Source: an uncultured bacterium
GTDB taxonomy: Bacteria > Krumholzibacteriota > Krumholzibacteriia > LZORAL124-64-63
Direction of reading: 5' to 3'
Length of the DNA: 64,000 nt
Assembly: GCA_963732385.1 (NCBI GenBank)
Contig: CAVSZB010000005.1
Span: 192,001-256,000, forward strand
This document shows positions 20,801 to 28,443 of the stretch, one piece after another. Made by a program: the position numbers and the translations under genes. The notes under the pieces were generated by a model that did no database searches, had not been told where the DNA came from, and saw only the letters and a list, made by a program, of their open reading frames with translations. How positions within the stretch are numbered: the first letter of the stretch is position 1; each line of letters starts with the position of its first letter.

Positions 20801-20895
20801 CTCTGGCGGAGGACGCCGGCCCGGCGCTGCTGAGGGTCGCGCGCGCGGGCCGGGCGGCACTGGGCAGCCGACGCAGGCCCCACCCCTCCCCGTAG
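17812..20895 (+). CDS. RND efflux permease subunit 2
   Basis: GMLVDNAVVVVENI, GIVVNNGIVM and RLRPIVMTALTT; 13 nt after permease 1. Confidence 0.93.
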   Translation: MMTLPELAIRRHITTLMILVSLVVLGTVALIRLPLAFMPEVQQPFLFVNLPWANASPEQTERMVVRPVEDALGSVKGLRRMWSGCDDSGGNVRLEFDWATNMQLARVEVWEKLDRIRRDLPDDMGDIMVGSDGDARESEIPILEGRLSSKRDLSASYDLLDRKIVRPLERIAGVARVRLDGVRPREVRINLRPADLEHHRVDVREVARLLYRSNVEQSLGRIEDGGTRYSLRTVGAFTKVDEVRDLPLRSDGLRLRDVADVLYEEPPLEYGRHLDGDFAIGVTVTQEAKANTVEVGRELEERIARMSNDPELEGVNFLVWFSQGREIRKTLKDLTFTGIYGAILAAAVLFAFLRRTSTTLVCVACIPFSLIVTCGYVWSQGKTLNTLTLLGLIVGVGMLVDNAVVVVENIFRHREAGADRRTAALTGSREVTVAVTAATLTSVIVFLPMIFNKPSEMNIYLKELGITVCLTLLASLFISQTLIPLATSWFIRSEPRPRGRLMVWLETHYVTLLRFNLRHRWLTPIIGLLAVASAIYPFGKIDKNFDASQTELFVQANYDFSEELSLERKEAVVSAVEKQLEPHRAELMARSIYSFWSDRWAMTRIYLKEGEAKEENLSQVRRKLREVLPEIPGVKLEVQETAQFWRPDRSKRVAFQLVGPDSETLADLAAQAKERLSEIPGLVDAFASDQEGQQELHVELDRDLSARYGLTPADMAEAVGLTYRGRRLPRFRAEDGEREMRLTLDERRDATMAQLANLPMWTEGGSKVPLASVATFRQLPGSRHIMRDNRLTSVWVGARYEVGTRDDWTPKVTAAMNTIAMPLGYSWTFGQWQQRQQEKSQEFLINLLLALLLVFAVMAGLFESVTQAVSLMVALPFALAGAVWTLFLTGTDFDSPASVGLLLLIGIVVNNGIVMIEHINTYRRSGMPREEAMVLGGRERLRPIVMTALTTLFGLVPMAIQKPSLGGVYYYSMALVIMGGLTVSTFLTSVLLPTTASLAEDAGPALLRVARAGRAALGSRRRPHPSP

Positions 20896-20952
20896 CGCAC
20901 GCCGCGCCGGTGGCCGGCCGACGTGGCTGCGGGCGGTGTCCGTGGCGGGCGC

Positions 20953-20990
20953 AACGAGAAGGGCCGCCCTCCCGAGGGAAGGCGGCCCCT
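20953..20990 (-). terminator. Hairpin terminator between convergent genes
   Basis: Minus strand reads AGGGGCCGCCTTCCCTCGGGAGGGCGGCCCTTCTCGTT, just after the stop at 21011. Confidence 0.6.
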
Positions 20991-21010
20991 GAATCTGGCT
21001 CAAGCAATGA

Positions 21011-21718
21011 TCAACGATACATCGACTTGATGCCGCCCCAGGAGTCGTTCTCTTTGGCCACGACACAGTTGATCGAAATGTCGATACAGCAGGCAGCGAA
21101 CAACTCGCCCGTCGTGGCGTCGCAGAGCAGCGGCGGGTAGTTTTCCGGCGCCAGCGTGGCGAAGCTGCTGTCCCACACCTTGATGGCGTTGGCGATGGCG
21201 AACTCGATCATGCAGTCCTGAAATTCCGGACAGTTCGTGAACTGCCCCGTCAGGGTGACGTTGCTGGTCTGACCCCTGAAAACGCCGTTGTACAGCGTCA
21301 CCGTGGTCGTGACATGGTACGACATGATGACGCCGGTCAGATCGCCGCTCCCGTCGGACCAGGCAAAGTCGCGCGACAGCCAGAATTCGCCGCCGTCGTA
21401 GTCGGTGACGTAGTCGATGTACATATAGGAACCGACGGTGCGCGAGCCGACCATGACCGCGCCGGACGCATCGATCGTCATCCCCCAGATCTTCCACTGC
21501 GTCCCGAGGGCCGCGCCGTCCCACGACAGGGCGTTCTCCATGTTGCCCGGCTGGCCCGGCCCCACGCCGGTGCACCAGGCCTCGGAGACCCGACCTCCCA
21601 GGAGCGTGCCATCCATGGTCGAGAACGGACCGATCAGGCTGGGACAGGTGGCCATAGCAGGCGCTACCAGCGAGAGCAGCAACACCATGGATAACAGAGC
21701 CATAACCTTGCGCATCAT
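21011..21718 (-). CDS. Secreted Cys-containing protein with C-terminal SWGGIKSMYR tail
   Basis: Sec signal peptide (MMRKVMALLSMVLLLSLVAPAMA); GGAGG RBS; ends VVAKENDSWGGIKSMYR. Confidence 0.82.
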   Translation of the reverse strand: MMRKVMALLSMVLLLSLVAPAMATCPSLIGPFSTMDGTLLGGRVSEAWCTGVGPGQPGNMENALSWDGAALGTQWKIWGMTIDASGAVMVGSRTVGSYMYIDYVTDYDGGEFWLSRDFAWSDGSGDLTGVIMSYHVTTTVTLYNGVFRGQTSNVTLTGQFTNCPEFQDCMIEFAIANAIKVWDSSFATLAPENYPPLLCDATTGELFAACCIDISINCVVAKENDSWGGIKSMYR

Positions 21719-21914
21719 CCACCTCCGGTTCGAGCATCCCTAAAAGATGTTCACGCCAAGCAACTTGCCCGTCGTACGACGACGGGAGCGAATGGGCGAT
21801 TCTGCTCTCCGGGCGAAAAAAAAGAGGACGGCAGAGAACCGGGGGGCGACGCGCAGCCTGCCAGCCGTCCAAGGTTGCCGGCGGGAGAGGGCGAACCTTC
21901 CGACGAGCCCGATG

Positions 21915-21942
21915 ACTATAGCAGTTGGCCGCGCATTGTCAA
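21915..21942 (-). promoter_or_regulatory. Sigma70-type promoter for 21718
   Basis: Minus strand TTGACA (21942-21937), 16 nt spacer, then TATAGT (21920-21915) preceded by TGn (extended -10). Confidence 0.6.
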
Positions 21943-22076
21943 TAGACGATTTTGGCTGTATTCATTCGGCAGCACTCTGCAAACAAACAACTTACCTGAT
22001 TTTTGTGGTCTGGGCGATCGCGGCAGGGACGGCGCCGGCCCCTCGATCCGGGCGTGGGGCTGTGCCCGACCTCCGG

Positions 22077-23825
22077 CTAGTCGCCGTTTTCCGGAACCAG
22101 CGTCAGCGGGGCCGGCGCGGGCGCGCCCGGCGCGAAGGCGGACGGGTATCGACGCTGCCAGCCGGTCGCCTCCTGCCATACCTTCGCCAACGCCAGCGCG
22201 GCCCCTTCGCGGTCGTGGCCGGCCACCAGCGTGATGCTGACCGGCGTGCCGTCCGCCCGGAATCCGGACGGCATGACCACTTCGGGGTGTCCGGACAGGT
22301 TCGTCAACGCGAGTGTGCCGGCGCCGAAGGTCGGCGAAATGATCACGTCGTAATCGGCCATGAACCGCGCCATGTCGCGCAGCAGCAGGGTGCGGATCCG
22401 GTTGGCCGCGATGTACTCGACGGCCGGGATCAGCCGCGCCTGGCGCAACACGTTCGGCCAGGCGTCGGTGCTCTGGCGCACCAGCTCGTCGTCCTGCGGC
22501 CCGCGCGAGAAGGCGTCGAAGGCGGCGCCCGCCTCGGCCGTCAGCAGGATCATCATGTCTTCGACCGGCCACGCGGGCCAGGCGACCGGGCGCAGGGTCA
22601 CGCCGAGGCCGCGCAGCGCGTCGAGGGCCGCCACGTCCAGGGCCTGCCACTCGCGCGCCTCCCCGGCCGTCCCCGTCTCGGCGAAGCCCCGCTCGAGCCA
22701 GCCGACGCGCAGGCTGCGCGGATCGAGACGGGCATCGAAATGGAACGGACCGTCGGACGCGTCGGGATCCTGCGGATCGGCGCCGCGGATCGCGTCGAAC
22801 ACGAGCGCACAGTCTTCGGCCGCGCGAGCCAGGGGGCCGATCTTGTCGAGCGACCAGGAGAGCGCCATGCAGCCGTGACGGCTGACCCGTCCGAACGTGG
22901 GGCGCAGGCCGGTGGCGCCGCAGCGCGTGGCGGGCGAGACGATCGAGCCGTAGGTCTCCGTGCCGATGGCGAAGCCGACCAGGCCGGCGGCCACCGCCGC
23001 CGCCGAACCGGCCGAGGAACCGCTGGAGCCGTGATCGGGCTGCCAGGGGTTGCGCGTCGTCCCGCCGTACCAGACATCTCCCCAGGCGAGCGCGCCGCAC
23101 GACAGCTTGGCCAGCAGCACGGCGCCGGCGTCGTCCAGCCGCCGCACCACGGTCGCGTCGAGGTCAAAGGTCTGGTCACGATACGGACGGGCGCCCCAGG
23201 TCGTGGGGTGGCCCCGCACCGACAGCAGATCCTTCACGCCCCAGGGGATCCCGTGCAGCGGACCGCGCCAGCGGCCGCGCTCGATTTCGGCGTCCGCGGC
23301 CCGGGCCTGCGCGCGCGCCCTCTCTTCGGTCAGGGTGATGACGCAGTGGAGGGACGGATCGAATCGCTTCAGGCGCGCAAGGTACATCTCCGTCAACGCG
23401 AGCGAAGTCACCCGACGCGCACGCAGGAGCGCGGCCAGCTCGGTCACGGGCCGAAAGGCGAGATCCTCCAGGTCGGACGGCACAGGGGGCGCCGCGACCC
23501 GGCTCCAGCGGCTCGGCGAACCGTCGCGCGGAGCGACTTCCCCCCCGCGCACCGTCTGGAAACCGAACGCGGGCGGCACCGCGTTGTCGAGCGGCACCGC
23601 GCGCAGTTTTTCGTAGCTGTCGAGCGCCTCGTCGAGACCCTGGAGCATGAGATCGCGTTCGGAGTCGCTGAAGGAGACCCCGGCGACCTTCTCCGCGGCG
23701 GCGAGCATCTCGCGGGTGATACGGCGCTCGCCCGCGGCCTGTGCCCAGAGCGCGGCGGGAAAGAGCGTCGCGCCGAGGCCGGCGGAGGCGAAGTAGGCCA
23801 GAAAGCGGCGACGATCCACGGCCAT
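22077..23825 (-). CDS. Amidase-signature family enzyme with twin-arginine (Tat) signal
   Basis: LHGIPWGVKD, GSSGSSAGS and GTETYGSIVSPA; N-terminus MAVDRRRFL. Confidence 0.9.
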   Translation of the reverse strand: MAVDRRRFLAYFASAGLGATLFPAALWAQAAGERRITREMLAAAEKVAGVSFSDSERDLMLQGLDEALDSYEKLRAVPLDNAVPPAFGFQTVRGGEVAPRDGSPSRWSRVAAPPVPSDLEDLAFRPVTELAALLRARRVTSLALTEMYLARLKRFDPSLHCVITLTEERARAQARAADAEIERGRWRGPLHGIPWGVKDLLSVRGHPTTWGARPYRDQTFDLDATVVRRLDDAGAVLLAKLSCGALAWGDVWYGGTTRNPWQPDHGSSGSSAGSAAAVAAGLVGFAIGTETYGSIVSPATRCGATGLRPTFGRVSRHGCMALSWSLDKIGPLARAAEDCALVFDAIRGADPQDPDASDGPFHFDARLDPRSLRVGWLERGFAETGTAGEAREWQALDVAALDALRGLGVTLRPVAWPAWPVEDMMILLTAEAGAAFDAFSRGPQDDELVRQSTDAWPNVLRQARLIPAVEYIAANRIRTLLLRDMARFMADYDVIISPTFGAGTLALTNLSGHPEVVMPSGFRADGTPVSITLVAGHDREGAALALAKVWQEATGWQRRYPSAFAPGAPAPAPLTLVPENGD

Positions 23826-23872
23826 GCCTTCCGGTCGGGGTGACGGAGCGGCGCCTGGCGCGGCCGCCCGGG

Positions 23873-25063
23873 TCAGCCGAACAGGCGTTGGAGAAACGAT
23901 CCCCGGTCGACCGCCTCGAGGGCGATGATCGGCACCTCACCCAGCACTTTGCCATCGAGCTTCGCCACGGCTTTGCCGACGACCTGTCCCGGTTTGAGCG
24001 GGGCAGCCACCCTGTCCGGCAGCTGGTTCTCGAGGACCACGTTTCCGGCGCGCTCCTTGAGCACGAGCACGAATAGCGGTTTGGCGTAGGCCACGACGAC
24101 GTCGCGCGCGGCCCCCCCCTTCACCCGAACATGCGCCTCGAGCGGCTTGTTGGCCGAGTCCACCAGCTTTACCTGGGTGTACAGCGCAAAACCCCGCGTG
24201 AGCAGGCGCGCGGTTTCGGCGGCGCGACTCTTGCCAGATTTCGCGCCCATCACGACCGAGATCAGGCGGGCTCCCCGCTGCTGCGCAGTGGCGGTGAGAC
24301 AGAATCCCGCCGGCACGGTGTAGCCGGTCTTCATGCCGTCGAGTCCGGGGAACTTGCCCACGAGCCCGTTAGGATTGTGCAGGGTGAATTCCCCGCCGCG
24401 GAAAGGCGCTTCCGCCTGCGAGGCCCAGTGGGTCGACTCGGGGTGCGCGAGCAGGGCCCTGCACAGCAGCGCCATGTCGAACGCCGAGCTCTCGTCCGAC
24501 AGCTGGCCGCGTCCCGGCGGCAGGCCGTGACAGGAGTGGAAGACCGTGTCCTCCATGCCGAGCTCCTGAGCCCGCGCGTTCATCAGCTCGGTGAACGCCT
24601 CGGAGGAGCCGGCCACGCGCTCCGCCAGGGCGACGGCAGCGTCGTTGGCCGAGTGGATCGTCACCGCCTGCAGCAGCTCCTCGACCGTGAAGGTCTCGCC
24701 GTCCTTCAGATAGACCTGCGACCCCCCGATCCTCGCGGCGTGCCCCGAAACGGTGACCGGGTCGGCCAGCGCGAGCTCGCCGGCATCAACCATTTCCAGC
24801 ACGACCAGCTCGGTCATCATCTTGGTCATGGAAGCGGGCGGACGCTTATCGTGGGAGTTCTTCGCCATGAGAACTTCGCCCGAGGCGGCATCGACCACGA
24901 TGGCGGCGGCGAAGTCGCCGTCGACCGGGATCGGCGTTGGGGCGGCGCCGACGCCGCCGGCACCGAGGACCGCGACCAGAGCGCAGAAAACGGCAAACCG
25001 CCGGTCAATACCGGCGGGCGACCGCGAGAGACGGTCCGAACGCAGCGTGGTCATGAGGCGCAT
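23873..25063 (-). CDS. dacA: D-alanyl-D-alanine carboxypeptidase (peptidase S11, PBP5/6)
   Basis: PASMTK (SxxK), SANDA (SxN) and KTG motifs; PBP5 C-terminal domain. Start 25054 or 25063. Confidence 0.9.
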   Translation of the reverse strand: MRLMTTLRSDRLSRSPAGIDRRFAVFCALVAVLGAGGVGAAPTPIPVDGDFAAAIVVDAASGEVLMAKNSHDKRPPASMTKMMTELVVLEMVDAGELALADPVTVSGHAARIGGSQVYLKDGETFTVEELLQAVTIHSANDAAVALAERVAGSSEAFTELMNARAQELGMEDTVFHSCHGLPPGRGQLSDESSAFDMALLCRALLAHPESTHWASQAEAPFRGGEFTLHNPNGLVGKFPGLDGMKTGYTVPAGFCLTATAQQRGARLISVVMGAKSGKSRAAETARLLTRGFALYTQVKLVDSANKPLEAHVRVKGGAARDVVVAYAKPLFVLVLKERAGNVVLENQLPDRVAAPLKPGQVVGKAVAKLDGKVLGEVPIIALEAVDRGSFLQRLFG

Positions 25064-25110
25064 CCTTGCGGCAAGTTGTTGTATTTGCGTGGGCTACCGT
25101 GCCCCCAGGC

Positions 25111-25139
25111 ACAGTAGCCACGGGCCGGAGGCCTGTCAA
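25111..25139 (-). promoter_or_regulatory. Sigma70-type promoter for dacA
   Basis: Minus strand TTGACA (25139-25134), 17 nt spacer, TACTGT (25116-25111). Confidence 0.5.
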
Positions 25140-25153
25140 GGATGGGGAGAACC

Positions 25154-25747
25154 TCAGGACCCGAGGGCAGAAAATGATCTGCGTCCGAACCCGAGGAAAT
25201 TGTTTAGGAGTTGACCCCCGGCGGGGGTGAGCACCGATTCCGGGTGGAACTGCACTCCGAACAGCGGGAGCTGCCGGTGACGGAGCGCCATCAGCTCTCC
25301 GTGCCCGCCGTGGGCGAGCGGCACCAGCTCCCGCGGCAGGGTGGCGGCGTCAACGATGAGCGAGTGGTAACGCCCGGCCGCGAACGGGCTCGGCAGACCG
25401 GCGAACAGTCCCTGCCCGTCGTGGTGGACGGGGCTGCTCTTGCCGTGCATGAGACGCGGCGAGCGCGCGATGCGGCCGCCGAACGCCGCGGCGATGGCCT
25501 GGTGCCCGAGGCAGACCCCCAGGGTCGGCACGCGCGTGCCGCAGACCCGCACGAAATCGAGAAGATGCCCGGCGCGCGACGGTTCGCCGGGGCCGGGCGA
25601 CAGCACCAGATAGTCGGGACGCAGAGCCAGCGCCTCGTCCGGGGTGATGGCGTCGTTGCGCCGCACTTCAATGGCGGGGTGCAGCACCCCGAGCATCTGC
25701 ACGAGGTTGAACGTGAACGAGTCGTAGTTGTCGATTACAAGGATCAC
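25154..25747 (-). CDS. Anthranilate/aminodeoxychorismate synthase component II (TrpG/PabA glutamine amidotransferase)
   Basis: IDNYDSFTFNL, LSPGPG, LGVCLGHQ, RYHSL and GVQFHPES; the GTG at 25747 overlaps the upstream stop (GTGA). Confidence 0.92.
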   Translation of the reverse strand: MILVIDNYDSFTFNLVQMLGVLHPAIEVRRNDAITPDEALALRPDYLVLSPGPGEPSRAGHLLDFVRVCGTRVPTLGVCLGHQAIAAAFGGRIARSPRLMHGKSSPVHHDGQGLFAGLPSPFAAGRYHSLIVDAATLPRELVPLAHGGHGELMALRHRQLPLFGVQFHPESVLTPAGGQLLNNFLGFGRRSFSALGS

Positions 25748-27780
25748 CGGGCCAACAACAACGACCGCGTCCGCGACTCCCCCACAAACGAGAGGCGCGC
25801 GAAATACGCGCCCGAACCGACCGGGCGACCGGCCTCGTCGCGGCCGTCCCAGCGCGCCTCGTGCGCGCCCGCCGCCGCCTCGCCATCCACGAGCGTCCGC
25901 ACGAGACGCCCCGCCGTGTCGTACAGCGTCAGGCGCAGGCGCCCCCCGCGAGGCAACTCGTATGGGATGACCGTGGCCGGGTTGAAAGGATTCGGCCGGT
26001 TCGCGCCGAGGCGCGCCACAGCCGTCGGCGGGGTGGCCGGCACCGCCGTCACCGCCGCGCCGCTCGCGGTTTTGAGGATCCAGTTGTCGCGGTCGAGCGT
26101 GACGTTCGAGGCGATGCCCGGCACCGTCAGCGTGTAGACCTGCTCCGCCTGGTCGTTCTGCACCACGCACACCTCAGTCCCGCGATCCGTGTCCACGAAA
26201 ACATCGACCGGCAGCGTGAACAGCCCGGTGACCGTCTGCGTCTGCCGGACCCGCAGGTTGACGCGCGTGGAATCGCCCGCCGGCGCGAACCACCAGGAGT
26301 ACTGGTACTGCGGGTAGTACTGGCCGTAGATCCACTGCTGGAAGAAGGCGTCGAGATCCTTCCCCGACACCCCCTCGCAGAGGTCGCGGAACTGCTCCGT
26401 CGTGGCGCTGCCGTTGCCGTAGGCGGCACGGTAGGCGGTCAGCGAAGCGAAGAAGTCGGCGTCACCGAGCACGTGCCGCAGCATGTGCACAATCCACGAC
26501 GCCTTCAGGTACGAAAGGTTGTAGTTGAAGATGGCCGTGAAGTCGGCCGGATCCTCCACGAAGATGGAGCCCGCGCCGAGATAGACCGCGGCCGCCATCT
26601 CGGCGTGGTAGGCGGCCATCCCCTCGCTGCGCTCGCGCCAGTAGGCCTCGCTCCAGGTGGCGAACCCCTCGTTCAGCCAGATGTGCTGGAAATTCGCGCA
26701 GGTGATGAAATCCCCCCACCACTGGTGGGACAGCTCGTGCGCGATGAGGCCCGACGAATAGGAGTTGTACGTCAGGCTGGTGAGCGTCTGGTGCTCCATG
26801 CCGCCGCCCCACGGGAAGTGGGCGTGCCCGTACTTCTCATCGACGAACGGATACTCGCCGAAGCCCTGCGCGAACGCCGTGATCATGCTCACCGTCGGTG
26901 CGTAGCCGGTCTGCGCCTGGTTGAGCCGGTTCTGCACGACGTAGTACTTGACCTCCATCGGGTCGCCGCCGGCCAGAGGCGTGTACCAGTGCGAGAACGT
27001 GGCGTAGGGGTGGATGGCGAGCGAGACGAGGTAGGTGGCGATCGGGTACCCCTCGTGCCAGTGCGCGGTGCGGCTGCTGCCGTCGATGATGTCCGATTTC
27101 AGCAGGCCGTTGGACGCCACGATCAGGGTGCTCGGCACCGTCACCCGGACATCCACCGAGTCGGCCTTGTCGGTGGTGAGGTCCTTGCATGGCCACCAGT
27201 CGCGCGCGCCGTACGGCTCGCTCAGGGTCCAGATGAGCGGCTGCGTGGAGTAGGTGTTCCAGCCGAACGCCTCGCCCGCCGGATTGCCGGCGTAGGTGAC
27301 CGCCACGACGACCGTCTCGCCGATCGCGTACGCGCGGTCGAGGTTGACGCTCAGCACGTCGAGGCTCCGGGTGAACGTCGCCGGCACGCCCCCCGCGACA
27401 CAACCGCTCACGGTCATGTTCGCCTTCAGGTCGAGGTCCATCACCGCGAGCGTCAGCCCGGTGACCGTGGCCGTCACCGTGACCGTGCCGGCGAGGATCT
27501 GGGTCGTCGGGTTGAGGTTCAACCTCAGGTCGTAGTGGTGGACGTCGTAGAGATCCTGCGCGGGCGTACTCTTCGCCAGCGCGCTCGCCAGCCCCTTCGC
27601 CACGCGCGCCTTGACCACCGACTCGAGATAACGCGACTGCCGCGCCGTCACCTCGGCCGGCACCGGCCCCTCCTGGAGGGAAGCGGCGGGAGTGGTCAGG
27701 ACGGCGCGGGCGGAAGTCGCCCCCAGACAGACGCAGCAGAATACGGCCAGCCGGAGAGCAGGGCGAAGATGCGGATTCAT
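25744..27780 (-). CDS. Secreted M1-family aminopeptidase with C-terminal FlgD-Ig-type domain
   Basis: GGMEHQT; HELSHQWWG-x-WLNEGFATW (HExxH-x18-E); YLKASW; tail PNPFNP..YDTAGRLVR..WDGRD..SGAYFAR. Confidence 0.9.
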   Translation of the reverse strand: MNPHLRPALRLAVFCCVCLGATSARAVLTTPAASLQEGPVPAEVTARQSRYLESVVKARVAKGLASALAKSTPAQDLYDVHHYDLRLNLNPTTQILAGTVTVTATVTGLTLAVMDLDLKANMTVSGCVAGGVPATFTRSLDVLSVNLDRAYAIGETVVVAVTYAGNPAGEAFGWNTYSTQPLIWTLSEPYGARDWWPCKDLTTDKADSVDVRVTVPSTLIVASNGLLKSDIIDGSSRTAHWHEGYPIATYLVSLAIHPYATFSHWYTPLAGGDPMEVKYYVVQNRLNQAQTGYAPTVSMITAFAQGFGEYPFVDEKYGHAHFPWGGGMEHQTLTSLTYNSYSSGLIAHELSHQWWGDFITCANFQHIWLNEGFATWSEAYWRERSEGMAAYHAEMAAAVYLGAGSIFVEDPADFTAIFNYNLSYLKASWIVHMLRHVLGDADFFASLTAYRAAYGNGSATTEQFRDLCEGVSGKDLDAFFQQWIYGQYYPQYQYSWWFAPAGDSTRVNLRVRQTQTVTGLFTLPVDVFVDTDRGTEVCVVQNDQAEQVYTLTVPGIASNVTLDRDNWILKTASGAAVTAVPATPPTAVARLGANRPNPFNPATVIPYELPRGGRLRLTLYDTAGRLVRTLVDGEAAAGAHEARWDGRDEAGRPVGSGAYFARLSFVGESRTRSLLLAR

Positions 27781-28000
27781 GGGCAGACCCCGTGCGCTTG
27801 ATGTGGATACCCGGACGGCAACGCGGGCGGCGGGAGACAACGACGCCGGACGAAGATTGCTCGTCATATTGTACACCCGCGCGGGAGAACGGCGCAAGGC
27901 GCCCGGGCGAACCGACAGTCCGGATACCGCGGCGCTCGGCGACCGCCGGGGCCGGGGCTGGCGGTCGCCACCCGTGGGTGATCAGTGGAGTTGGAGTCCT

Positions 28001-28221
28001 TCCTGACAGCGATTGCTACGGGAGCAAAAAGTGCGCAGGCCGTACGCGGTCAATCCGGCCCCGAATCCCCTCTTTACAAAGGGGGGCAGGGGCGCCGAGG
28101 GCCTGCGGGGCTCCGGCAGCGCTCCGTTTCGCCAGGGAACGCCGAGAGTCCTCAGACGGCTGGCCGGGACTCCGTCCCGACACCCGTGCACTTTTTGCTC
28201 CCGTAGCAACCGCTGTCAGGA
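28001..28221. mobile_element. MITE-like element: 221 bp bounded by 34-bp inverted repeats
   Basis: 28001-28034 TCCTGACAGCGATTGCTACGGGAGCAAAAAGTGC versus the reverse complement of 28188-28221, TCCTGACAGCGGTTGCTACGGGAGCAAAAAGTGC: 33/34 identical. No transposase inside; no target-site duplication seen. Confidence 0.65.
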
Positions 28222-28443
28222 TACGCCACGAAGTCCCTGACGACGCTTCTTCTCTCCCTGCACCCTTGCGCTCCCGTGGCGACTTCCGGAGAACGCCCGC
28301 AGTTGCCCCCGCAGAGACGCGCTTGCCCCCTCCGTTGGGATGGCGCTAGTCTCTCATGTTGGCCATGCGCCTGCCGCCCGACGCGCGCCGCCGGCCCGCG
28401 CCCGGGCGCGGGCCGGGCTCCACGCCACTTGGAGCGCTGTCCC

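Noticed and set aside
18025..21066. Very long antisense/alternative-frame ORFs (also 2867-5224, 21747-23843, 35746-37890, 41431-43587, 57153-58715)
   Set aside because: These are Arg/Ala/Pro/Gly-rich shadows of real genes, expected in high-GC DNA, with no recognisable motifs.
27982..28240. Small ORFs on both strands with near-identical N-termini (MLREQKV)
   Set aside because: An artefact of the 34-bp inverted repeat.
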